Source: Naegleria gruberi (lineage: Eukaryota). From it: a DNA stretch of 64,000 bases. The notes beneath the pieces were generated by a model. That model had not been told where the DNA came from. It ran no database searches and saw only the letters and a program-made list of their open reading frames with translations. Of the stretch, positions 35,243-45,417 are shown in pieces. The position numbers and the translations under genes are program-made. How positions within the stretch are numbered: position 1 is the stretch's first letter; each line of letters starts with the position of its first letter. Location of the stretch: NCBI GenBank assembly GCA_000004985.1, contig GG738846.1, one strand, 5' to 3'.

Positions 35243-35491
35243 TTAATCTTTAAAAGAAAATAACTTCTCAATTTGTTTAACAAAAGCTCCAATAGAAGAG
35301 AAAATCAATATTGGTGGTGATAAATTTGTTTTTTGTTTATCAGAAAATCCATGCCATAATTTTCTAGCGGTTTCTTTTTTAAATTGTTCAACGAAAGACA
35401 TTACTAATTCGCTATCTATAATGCTACTAATAACAAAACCAAAAATTTGATCTTCCTGATGATATAATAAATGAAAAGAATAACTCGACAT
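35243..35491 (-). CDS. small-ORF family member, type 2 (MSSYSFHLLYHQEDQIFGF...ELVMSFVEQFKKETARKLWHGFS)
   Basis: ATG at 35491 after an A-run. Paralog of 36791-37048. It shares the M-S-x-Y-x-F-H-L-L-x-H-Q-x-D-Q-I-F and x-E-L-x-x-S-x-V-x-Q-F-K-K-E-T motifs with type 1 despite nucleotide divergence. Confidence 0.35.
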   Translation of the reverse strand: MSSYSFHLLYHQEDQIFGFVISSIIDSELVMSFVEQFKKETARKLWHGFSDKQKTNLSPPILIFSSIGAFVKQIEKLFSFKD

Positions 35492-35846
35492 TTTTTTTTA
35501 ACTTTTTAGAGTATATTAATATCCAAGCACTCTGTGATTAACTTGAAATGATATTCACGAACCATCAAAAAAGTCCAAGAAAACAAAGTCAAAAGTAACC
35601 GTAAGTACAATTTTATCACTCCTCCACAAAAATAAACTCTAACAAAATTTGGATAATAGAAGGTTATAACAATAAAGAAGAATTTGATAATTTAATAGAC
35701 CAACATGGAATTGTTTTACAAAGCATAACATATATCTCCTTCTTGTACGTCTCTTTATCCGATTTATAAATACCTTTAAAATTACATTTGCATACTCATA
35801 TTACACATCTATTTATAAACAAGCTCACCAAATCAAAAAATGGTAA

Positions 35847-36146
35847 TCATAGAATCAAACGTCCACACAAGGACTCAGATATTGGAATGAGTTTTATGGG
35901 ATATACTGAAATTACAATTGTTGTTTCGAATTCAACTAACAAACCTTTGAACATTGGTATTCGTTTTTCCAATAATAAATTTGTTTGTTGTAAAAGGCTA
36001 TTTTTATAAGAAAATCCTTTCCATGACTTTGAAATAGTGGTTTCTTTTTTAAATTGTTTAACCAAGGACTTCGCTAATTCGTTATTTGTAGTAAAATCAA
36101 AAAGTTGGTCTTTTTGATGATGTAATATATGAAAATAAATTGACAT
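35847..36146 (-). CDS. small-ORF family member, type 1, copy 2
   Basis: ATG at 36146. Near-identical to 34788-35009 over the first about 60 codons, then a different tail. Confidence 0.35.
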   Translation of the reverse strand: MSIYFHILHHQKDQLFDFTTNNELAKSLVKQFKKETTISKSWKGFSYKNSLLQQTNLLLEKRIPMFKGLLVEFETTIVISVYPIKLIPISESLCGRLIL

Positions 36147-36790
36147 ATTTTTTTAAATAAACTATTTTATCATTACCCAATCATGAAAGGCTAATGGGGG
36201 AGAGATTATATTTTGGTGTGGATAAATTATTATAATCAATACTAATTACAATAAATCAACAATAAATTTGGAATATTTTATTTTTGAAATAATTCATTTT
36301 TTAGTTTATTTTTGGATTTAGATTTTGGCTTTTTGGTTCAATTTGGCTTTTTGCCGATTTTTTATTCACCTATATCCAAAAACTGGTTTGGGATGGATTT
36401 TGGATATTAATATACTCTCTATTATTAATAAAATTAACATAAACAAACCATTGAATACTTCATTATTAATATCAGTGGATCTATTTACTTTTGTTTTCAC
36501 TATTGAAAAATTCTTTAATCAATTAGGAATTAAAAGTTTCTTAATTGTTCCACTTATATATTCGATGAACCCAGTGGTGTCCATTAATTCGAATAGAAGA
36601 ATGTGATCATTTAGATGTTCTTTAACAATATCAATGAATCAACTTTGATAGTATTTATTACTATTTTACAATTATCTGATTCAACAGTGGAATCCATTAA
36701 TAATTATAGTGTTAGAATTAGGAACATGAGGAATCTGATTTCAAGAAGAGGAAATAATTTCTTATTTGTCTATTTTCTAACATGCTTGAT

Positions 36791-37048
36791 TCAATAGAAT
36801 TCAAAGAGAATGAGGTTCAAACTCTCTCCAAGCTGCAAAGAAATTGGTTTGATAGGATGAAGAAACTTTTCTAGATAAGATGTTGACGGTATTGTAGAAA
36901 ATCTATTCCATAACTTTGAAATGGTGGTTTCTTTTTTAAATTGTTCAACCAAAGACATTGCTAATTCGTTATCTATAATGTTACTAATAATAAAACCAAA
37001 AATTTGATCTTTCTGATGATACAATAAATGAAAAGAATAACTCGACAT
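36791..37048 (-). CDS. small-ORF family member, type 2, copy 2
   Basis: Internal ATG at 37048 (MSSYSFHLLYHQKDQIFGFIISNIIDNELAMSLVEQFKKETTISKLW). Upstream of it, the track ORF is read-through of the repeat. Confidence 0.35.
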   Translation of the reverse strand: MSSYSFHLLYHQKDQIFGFIISNIIDNELAMSLVEQFKKETTISKLWNRFSTIPSTSYLEKFLHPIKPISLQLGESLNLILFEFY

Positions 37049-37076
37049 TTTTTTTTTAATAGTTTCAATATTATTT

Positions 37077-38089
37077 TTAATTGTTACTTTCGGTAGAAAC
37101 ATTTGGATCATAATTGGTAAATTCAATATTTGCATTCTTTGTTCTGGAAAATTCACCATGCTTCACTTTTAATTTACATGTGGCATTAAAGTGGCATCCT
37201 TGTTGTGCCATTTTACAAACAACTCGAGCAATATTTTTACAATCATCAATACCAGAATGATGTTTGCCAAGGAGAGGTAATTTCAGTGCATTTAACATTG
37301 TCAACATGCCATTCACCTTTTCCATATTGTAAAACTTGGCAAATACATCCTTGACATTGCACCATTGTGTGAAATGAGATCCAATTAAGGAAATTGTTTG
37401 TTTCTCAAAGAAAACTTGATGTGGAATCATTGTTTTTAAGTCCCAATCTTTGAGAATTGTTAAAAACTAATCAAATTGAAAATATTTACCTCCACAAGTG
37501 GCCATCAGGATGTTATCTTTGGTTGGTTTTTCTCCTAAATGAGACATTAACCATTCATTGTGTCTCTTGAGTGCTTCTTCGAATGAAACTCCAGATTCGA
37601 CCATTTCTTGAGTAATTCCAGTCAATTTGGTGCATTCTTCATTAATTTTTGGAATTCTTCTTGTTTTTACATAGTTTTGAATTTCATCCACAACAACCAA
37701 TTGCTTTTCACTTTCAAATTTTAACAAGACTGATGGAAATTCAATAATTTCCATATCATAATTTCTATTAGTTTTACAATCGTCTGCAAAAACAGCTTCA
37801 AAATCCAACACACAAATATACTTGAATGCAGTGGAACTACTACTTCCACTTGATGACTCTGCAACAGGAGCTTTACTAGTAAATGCATTTGATTTTGTTG
37901 ATTCGGAATGAAATCTTCTCTCTGGTTTATCTTTTTGATTGGCATTACTTGTTGTATTTACACTCTTAAATTGTTTACCACCAGAGAAGAAGAAGAAGAT
38001 GAAGATTTAGTGGCAGTGGTCTTTTTACTTGTTGTTTTTGATGAAGAAGAGTTATTTTGATGTTCTGATCTGAAATTGAATTGTGACAT
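37077..38089 (-). CDS. ERI1-like DEDDh 3'-5' exonuclease, two exons: 37490-38089 and 37077-37447; one apparent frameshift in a (TCT)n run
   Basis: Exo motifs: YICVLDFEAVFADDC (motif I), ATCGG|DWDLKTMIP (motif II, spanning a 42-nt GTAAAT...CTCAAAG intron at 37448-37489), HSGIDDCKNIARVVCKMAQQGC (motif III). The ATG at 38089 (MSQFNFRSEHQNNSSSSKTTSKKTTATKSSSSSS) is +1 out of frame with the catalytic ORF. One missing T in TCTTCTTCTTCTTCT (about 37975-37990) would fuse them: ...SSSSSSGGKQFKSVNTTS.... Confidence 0.8.
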
Positions 38090-38355
38090 TTTTTTGTTGT
38101 TTGGTTTCAGACGTGGTTGTTTGAAAGAAATGTTTTATTTTGAAATTGAAGGTTAAAATTCATGATGTTTCTCAATTTTGAAGTTGAAGCTAGCAAAGAG
38201 GTCTTGGTGGACACAGTTGTAATGAAGTAAGTTTATCGATTCCTTCTCGGCGTGAATCCACATGAATTCAACGTTGAATATTGTACATCATTAGCTTATA
38301 TTGAACTGACTTTTTTATCCTCACAACAATATTGGATTCCTGTTCATGATTTCTT

Positions 38356-38664
38356 TTATTTTCTCCTCAAATAAAGAATACCAGCCACAATCAAACAGAA
38401 TGGCAAGATTAAGATTTTCCAACCAAGAGTAAAGAGCAGAGCAGTTGTTGCCACAATTCCTCCAAAAGCTCCACTAAACATAACAACCACCATATTGGCA
38501 GTTGAATATCGGTCCTGATTATTCTTATAGATGAGGGAGCTTATTCCGAAAGCTACCATACCAGCCATTGCTGCAGAAGCTGCAGTTGCAAGCAGTGGTG
38601 TAATTCCGAATTTTATTAAGGGATTCACTATGGGATGTTCCAAGAAGCTGTAAAGTTGTTCCAT
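38356..38664 (-). CDS. small 3-4 TM membrane protein (102 aa)
   Basis: ATG at 38664, complete ORF, Gly/Ala-rich helices (GITPLLATAASAAMAGMVAFGISSL, FSGAFGGIVATTALLFTLGW). Family unknown. Confidence 0.45.
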   Translation of the reverse strand: MEQLYSFLEHPIVNPLIKFGITPLLATAASAAMAGMVAFGISSLIYKNNQDRYSTANMVVVMFSGAFGGIVATTALLFTLGWKILILPFCLIVAGILYLRRK

Positions 38665-38835
38665 TTTTTTTTAAAGTTTCTAGTTCAGGAGTGTGATGGA
38701 ATAAAAGAGAACTTGATAATTGAGAAAATTGATTATAAATCAAGAGTGAAATTTGTCTAGTTGAATAAACAATTCAGGTGAGTTGATTTTGTCGAGGTAA
38801 TATATTTTACGAATTATGACAAGTCGTAAATAGGT

Positions 38836-39688
38836 TCAATTACATGTAAGTGAATAGTTGGGATTTTCAATCCAATCAAACAAGTGCTCATGTGGAAAGA
38901 TGGGATTTCCACAATTTGGATTTGAGAGTGTCTCGTTTGTGGTGAGTAACATTAAATCTAGAGATGGTGTATGTTTTGGGCTTCCCATTGCATTAAAGTG
39001 AAGCACCCTAACACAAGATGTGATGCAGTTTTGATGACCAGCATATTGCAAGTGTAGTCCACATTCCATTTCATGAATCCATGCTCTATTCGTTATTCTA
39101 TCGAGAGTATTGAGCACATCCTGATCAGCCAATAGTGTCTCTCCNNNNNNNNNNNNNNNNNNNNNNNNNNNNNNNNNNNNNNNNNNNNNNNNNNTACAGA
39201 TACTCCCAGGCATAGATTAGACCATCAAAACCATGAACCAAGAAGGTATCTGCATCCAAAAACAAGAAATGTGCCAATTTATGTTGAAAGAATTCAATCA
39301 GCTTTAACTTCTTGTTGGCAGAGGCAGCACTATAATGTGTCGATTTGGCGTCAACAGACAACTCGTTCGACTCATAGAATTTCAACGAAACTCTCTCACA
39401 AGAACCAAATCTCTTCACAATACAATCGATGGTATTGGTTGAATTCATGAAAACATGTAGAGTTACATGGTGGGGAGGCGAGGGACATGATGGAAGAGCT
39501 AACAATGGAGAGGCAACCTTTTCTGAGTTTTCATAGATTACCACAACATGCATGAGATGTCCAGCTCCAGCAGCACCAGGTTGTTTTGAAGAATATTTCT
39601 GGTGCGAGTAGAGAAAATGTCTTTCCAGGAGGAATGTTATGAGAGAGAAACAGAGAATTGGCAAAATGACTTTAAATTTATAATTCAT
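38836..39688 (-). CDS. DXD-motif glycosyltransferase (GT32 / alpha-1,4-glycosyltransferase-like), split by N-gap 39145-39194
   Basis: ATG at 39688 with a signal-anchor (MNYKFKVILPILCFSLITFLL). FLFLDADTFLVHG is a DXD nucleotide-sugar motif. The C-terminal part after the gap (GETLLADQDVLNTLDRI...NAMGSPKH) is consistent with the Gb3-synthase-like C-terminal region. Coordinates across the gap are uncertain. Confidence 0.55.
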
Positions 39689-39989
39689 TATCGTAGTTTT
39701 GAATGATTTTTTTATATATACAACAACAACAACACACTTTGAAACTTGCCAATTACTATTGGGGTTTCATTTGGAAACAGGTGTTGGTCTAACAATGTTT
39801 GACACGACTAATCTATGGCAAATATGAGTTTTTTTGTTTTGTCATAATGTTGGAAATGGGTGTTTCTTCACGCCCTTATCATTTGTCAGGTGCTGGAAAT
39901 AAACCAAACCAAGCAATTTGATAAACCAAATAAAAACAGTCTCAGTTGACAAGTGATACTTGTTTTTTAATTATTTTCGTAGAGCATTC

Positions 39990-40330
39990 CACACTACTTG
40001 ACTTTAAAGAACCTGGTGTAGTAGCGAGTGCTAAACACAAAGCTGTTGGAAATACATCATTTCGCTGTTGACTTCATACAAACAGCATCCAAAGTGTTAG
40101 TCTAACTTGTTTTTGGTAATTTTAAGGTACAAATCAGGAGATTTTTGAAAGCTTGTTGAACAAAGTGGACTATCATATAAACATCAATAGAAAACCATGG
40201 TGAATGAGTGTTTATTACTCTACTAACTCCATGTTGTGATTTTCTAGCCACATTAGGCCTAGGATTGATGGTGTACCATGATACAAATACTTGAAGTGTT
40301 TTTTTCCTCACATTTATTATGATTGGGAGA
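39990..40330 (+). pseudogene. degenerate partial copy of the 5' end of the receptor-kinase gene (inverted relative to the intact gene)
   Basis: Plus strand gagtgctaaacacaaagctgttggaaata... and ...catataaacatcaatagaaaaccatggtgaatgagtgtttattactctactaactccatgttgtgattttctagccacattaggcc align at about 75% to the kinase coding strand (43770-43450 region: gagtgctaaacacaaagcggttggaaataat...; catagaaacatcaattgaaaataatggtgattgtgaatatgtggctgtttctctgctaacttcatggccctgttgtgattttcttgccacaggagg). Stops occur in all frames. Confidence 0.55.
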
Positions 40331-40429
40331 CTTGAGATTCCAATACCGAACTCAAGAGCAAACGACCAATCAGGTTAGTAGAAACCACATATCCTTTGGA
40401 TGTAAACGTAATTGATGGTTATTAGATAT

Positions 40430-43400
40430 TTATATATTGAATTTGGAAAGAATATTTGCTAAACGATCTGCAACCTCATCAAACGAAGGTCTCTCATCTG
40501 GATTTTGATCCCAACAATCTTTCATCAAGTCAATATACTGATCCACAACTGAAACTAAAATGTCAATATCCATATATTTCTTGTCATCTTTCATATACTC
40601 CTTAATCCATACCATACTGATCTCTCTTCAACAGTAGAGAATGGAATTTTAGGTCTGAATCCTTTGGAAACTTTGAGTGGAATACTGAAACTATTCACAT
40701 CTGTTATCTCAGACTTTGAAAATCTATTAATTTTTTCAGAACTTTGATTAATGTATGGATTCTCCTCAAAAAGTAACTCATACATTACAATGCCAAAACT
40801 GTAGACGTCCAACTTGTTAGAAATTGAAATATTACTGTCACCAATCAATTCCTTAATAAATTAATTATGAATAATGTTAGTACAAATACTTACAGGCTTT
40901 AAAGACAAGTTATTATACTATTGTTCAATTAATTAGTATTACTTACAGCCATATAAAGGATACTTCCTAAATTGGTAGTCATATTGGTTGAATTGGTATT
41001 TCCAATCAATTTAGACAATCCAAAATCACAAACCTTGGGTTGCATATTCTCATCTAATAAAATGTTAGCACTTTTTAAATCTCTATGAATAATCATTTTC
41101 GGTTTCAAGTTATGTAAATAACTCAAACCGTTAGAAACTCCAAATAAAATACGAATCTTATCAATTAGTTTGATCATTTTTCTTTTCAATCGAAGTTCAC
41201 TAATTAACTTATCCAATGAACCACCTCCAAGATATTCCATAACCATTAACTTTCTTCGATCTGTGATACAAACACCAAAGAATTGTATAACATTTGGATG
41301 TTTCAAACTGTTGAGTAAAAGAACTTCTCTTTCAAATGTATCTTCCTCCTGTTCTATCTCATCATCTTCATTGTAATCTACACTTTTAATAGCAACACTA
41401 ACTTGCTTCCATCTGGCTTTGTAAACCTGACCGAAACCACCTGAACCTATTTTCTCAACTAATTCTAATTCTTCTATTGGAATCAAATAGGATAATTGCT
41501 TTCCTCTTTCATCCTCTAATTCTAATTCAATATCGAGAAGCTTTTTTTCCATTTCCATTTCTGTCTTTTTTCTCTTATTCCAATACCTGTTTTTGTAAAT
41601 ATAGAGAGCTACACTAACCAGTAAGAAAAATACAAGACATGAAACCAACACTCCAACTGGAACTAGAATTTTGTAAAGCAGATTTTCATCCACATTACAA
41701 AGCTTTCCTGAAAACCCATCATGACAACTACAATTATTAGGACCAATACAATCACCATATCCAGAGCAAGATTCCACACCAATATTTCCAAAACAGATAG
41801 GAGTTTCACATTGCTTGCCAACATACATTGGTAAACTGTTATTGAATTGTTTGCAAACACAATTGTCCTTACTAACACAATTGCCATTTCCTCCACAAAC
41901 CAATTGATCTGTTGATAGGGTAGATATTGAATAACATGTAGGAATGGAGCAATCTGGACCAGCACTTCCTGTTAGACAACTACAAGTATCATAGCCAACA
42001 CAAAATCCAGAACGTTGGCACACTGTGAAATTATTCGAATCAATACCAAAACAACTAGTATGTTCACAATTATCTCCAAAATAGTTCTCTTGACAAACAC
42101 AATGGTCTGTTGAAACACATTTGCCTCTTCCAGAGCAAACTTGATTTGATTTTGATAACACCTCATAGCACATGAAGGAAGAGCAATCATTTCCAAAATA
42201 ACTAGTCTTGCATTTGCAGGTATTATAATCTACACAATTCCCCCAACCACTACAAACAAATGATTGATTGGTTGACGGGATGTTAAAACACGTTGTAATG
42301 TTACAATGAGGTCCAAAATAGCTGTTATCACACTGGCACTTGTCTATTCCAATACATTTACCGTGATTACATCCAGATTCTAATTTACCAAAACAAGTAA
42401 ATTGAGAACAATTTGTATTACCATAACCATAATTGCACACACAATAATCTGAAGATTGACAAATGCCATGTCCAGAGCAAACACTCGTGTCATTATAAGC
42501 AATTCCAAAACAAGATTTGTAATTTTTAGAGCTGTAAGACTGAATCAATAGATTTGAACGAGGAGAACTATATGCATTTCCTGTAAGGTCAATTAACCTT
42601 CCATAATAAACATATGAAACAGCAACGTATGAATTGGTTGCAGATATAAAAACTGAGTTCACATTCGTACCATTCACACGCAAAATCCATTCTGCATCCC
42701 TTAAATTGTTATCCAATGATTGAACTATAATTTCATTGTTTCTACAAGAATCAAACCTTGCTGCAATAAAAACAAGTGACTCGGTACCTGTCACTGAATA
42801 AATTGTAGATTTACAAGAACTCAACTGATTTGAAAGCATTACATTTTTTGTTTCAAGTTTTGGTAAACTCAATTCCACACATTCTAAAATAGTATTTGAA
42901 CCACACAGAATAACAGATGCTGTTCTTCTAACTATATATGTGTTCACTGTTGTAGAAAGATAAGATAGAATAGTACCATTTTGATAAAGTAGCATGACAT
43001 AATTTCCATTTAAACCATTTTTCTCAATTTTGACCAAGTTATTATCTGAATCTCTCCATGTGGTTGATTCACCTTGTGTGAAAAATCCAGTTAACACTAA
43101 CAAATCCATTCCACTAACTGATACTGGGTATATTCCAGTTACTAGTCTTGGATTTTTTCCCATGTCTTCAGTTGCAAAAGTTGTATCAATACTTTGAACA
43201 ACCCATTGTCTACTCCAATCTTTCAACCTTAACATTAAAGCGAAGGTATTGTAAACTTTTCCAGCTGAATCTTCATCACGAAAAACTTCAACTCCAAAAC
43301 TATTCGAATCACCAACATATCCAGTTACAAACAAGGAAGATCTATCGAATGCCAAACTCAAAATATTACCATAATAAACAACCATTTGTTGAGCCCACAG

Positions 43401-43805
43401 TCTTTCACCACTCGTGGCATTGTAAATCATCAATCCTGGACCTCCTGTGGCAAGAAAATCACAACAGGGCCATGAAGTTAGCAGAGAAACAGCCACATAT
43501 TCACAATCACCATTATTTTCAATTGATGTTTCTATGGCAGTCAATGTCGTTCCACAAGCTTCCAAAATCTCTGATTTGTACCATAAAATTTCATTGGTGG
43601 TCAAATCCATCTTTACCAAAAACATGTTACACTGATCATTCTTATACTTTGGATGCTTGATAATAATAGTTGGCGAAATACCAATGGAATTTCTAAAAAC
43701 ACCTCCAAAGAATATATTATTTCCAACCGCTTTGTGTTTAGCACTCTCTATTGCTCCAGTTTCGTTCAAGGTGGTGAAAGGAAAGAGCAAAATGAACCAA
43801 ACCAT
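40430..43805 (-). CDS. receptor-like transmembrane protein kinase (TKL-like); four exons: 40947-43805, 40894-40896 (3-nt), 40618-40851, 40430-40537
   Basis: ATG at 43805 with a signal peptide. The ectodomain is about 480 aa, beta-propeller-like. It is followed by about 8 tenascin-type EGF repeats (CSGHGICQSSDYCVCNYGYGNTNC...), one TM helix (LYKILVPVGVLVSCLVFFLLVSVALYIY), and a kinase domain: GSGGFGQVYKA, AIK, HRDLKSANILL, DFGLSK, YMA|P|ELIGDS, DVYSFGIVMYELL, CWDQNPDERPSF. Kinase subdomains VIII-XI fall in three track ORFs joined by GTAAGT introns (50 nt and 42 nt, both with TACTAA(C/T) branch sites) and an 80-nt GTATGG...GATCAG intron (40538-40617). Confidence 0.85.
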
Positions 43806-43842
43806 TATTATGATTCGAAAGAGAGCTATTTCAAGAAAAAAA

Positions 43843-45288
43843 ATGAAACAATTTTTTGTGGTGATTCAAAGGCTTGCACTCACTAAACAACAGCCTGGTT
43901 CCAGTGATGAATTGGAAAATAGAGCAGCTGCAGCCTATCCCTTTCCGAATGCGATTGGAAATTTGTTGAGTCATATTAGTAATTTAAAATATGAATCTGA
44001 TCATAAACAATCACTTTCCGATTTTACAATACCTAATCATGATGAAAATATTATTGATGATGAATCAATTAAATTGCTAGATTTTTTGAATATTGCTCCG
44101 AATGAAATTGTTTGCCTGATGGCACTTTTTCTGGATAATCGAACATTGGCTGCACTTTTGAGATGCTCCTCTCATGTAAATGACATTGTTGATGATGATG
44201 ATCAATTTTGGCAAATGAAGTGTGAGTCAATGATTTTCAATAGGAAAATATTGTCATCCTATAGAAATAGTGTTGCAAGTTATAAGAAACTTTATGAAGA
44301 GTTTATAGCTAAAAAACCTTACTATCATTTGAAAGATTCTCTTGAAAATGTGTTTACTTTTTTAGAGACCAGCGACTGTTCAATACTTTCCTCATTTGAT
44401 TTTGGATTGGTTTATATAGACCCTAGAGAATGTGTAGAATTTGCTGAACTAGAGGACTCTAATTCATTACCAATTGAGGAACAGAGGAGTATTGATATTG
44501 TTAGTAATAATTTTGTAAAAATGTTTACAATGGGAATTAGGGAGGTTGGTGTTCTTGTGGACGTTTCAAATTGTAACGAGTTTAATGAATCAGAATATCA
44601 CTCTAAAATATTCCCATTCATTACAGGGATGGGTAAAAGAGTTGGATTCAAGGCCGTCAACTTGTTCTTTATCAATTACAAGACAAATAAGGGAATTAGT
44701 GAGCTCACTTCAACTATTGAAAAATCTTACAGACCACTTCCTAGTTATGTTCAATCAAAACCTTTGAGAGGCTTTATTCTTGATATTGAAAAACAACAAC
44801 CAAAAGTGGGAGGTACAGATTTGGTTGCTAAAGTTGCAATTCTATCTGGTGGTTTCAACAAAGAAATGATTCCAGAGCCTAGAATTATTGGAGATAATAG
44901 ATATATTACTTTTAATTCCTATTACACAACTCCTCTATATTGTGATGATATTAAGCTCACTGAACCTTTAAAGATTCTACGGGTTCACATTAACTTACCA
45001 AATTCCAAGTTTCCACTCAAGAGAGACGAAAGTCTATATATTGTACAAGAAACAAGCCCACCAAGGAAAACAAAAAGCTTTACATGCCAGGTAATTAGTC
45101 TAGGGTTGGAAATGAAAAAAAGTGACTTTGCACTTTGTGTTGGATACTCTTTCAAGATTCTTGTTAGGATTAAAAGGTTCATTTCGAAAATCCAAATTGT
45201 GGAAGACTCTGTTTCTTTGCAATTGGTGCACATATCAATTTGGACAATTATCAATCTGAATTGTCTGAAGACAAGATTAAAAATGTGA
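43843..45288 (+). CDS. hypothetical protein with F-box-like motif
   Basis: First ATG beyond the kinase CDS is at 43843 (MKQFFVVIQRL...). IAPNEIVCLMALFLDNRTLAALLRCSSHVNDIV is F-box-like. The rest has no recognised domains. The track ORF start at 43657 overlaps the kinase 5' end antisense and is rejected. Confidence 0.5.
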   Translation: MKQFFVVIQRLALTKQQPGSSDELENRAAAAYPFPNAIGNLLSHISNLKYESDHKQSLSDFTIPNHDENIIDDESIKLLDFLNIAPNEIVCLMALFLDNRTLAALLRCSSHVNDIVDDDDQFWQMKCESMIFNRKILSSYRNSVASYKKLYEEFIAKKPYYHLKDSLENVFTFLETSDCSILSSFDFGLVYIDPRECVEFAELEDSNSLPIEEQRSIDIVSNNFVKMFTMGIREVGVLVDVSNCNEFNESEYHSKIFPFITGMGKRVGFKAVNLFFINYKTNKGISELTSTIEKSYRPLPSYVQSKPLRGFILDIEKQQPKVGGTDLVAKVAILSGGFNKEMIPEPRIIGDNRYITFNSYYTTPLYCDDIKLTEPLKILRVHINLPNSKFPLKRDESLYIVQETSPPRKTKSFTCQVISLGLEMKKSDFALCVGYSFKILVRIKRFISKIQIVEDSVSLQLVHISIWTIINLNCLKTRLKM

Positions 45289-45417
45289 CTGAGTTCCCAC
45301 CTGGTGCAGTGGCTGTTTGTAAAGCAATCAGTTCAGATTGATCATTTTTGAAATTGAATATAACTTGAGTTTTACCTTAATCTTTTAGATTTAGTAAATA
45401 TTATTTATTTTACAAAA

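Larger units (their letters stand above)
34150..37070. repeat. tandemly duplicated unit of about 1.4-1.5 kb (two diverged copies with indels), each carrying two paralogous small ORFs on the minus strand
   Basis: 34166-34250 ~ 35530-35612 (gattaacttgaaatg.tatt.acgaac.atcaaaaaagtccaagaaaacaaagtcaaaag). 34470-34560 ~ 35650-35740. 34960-35100 and 36110-36240 are nearly identical (tgatgtaatatatgaaaataaattgacatatttttttaaataaactattttatcattacccaatcatgaaaggctaatgggg). Copy 2 has about 0.55 kb extra at 36240-36800. Confidence 0.7.

Noticed and set aside
34150-37070. CRISPR array interpretation of the tandem repeats
   Set aside because: The units are about 0.5-1.5 kb, ORF-bearing and AT-rich, without short regular repeat-spacer periodicity. 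The genome is eukaryotic.
43657-43842. 5' extension of the F-box ORF overlapping the kinase start codon region
   Set aside because: It uses a non-ATG start and is antisense to the kinase signal-peptide codons. The first ATG (43843) lies just outside the kinase CDS.
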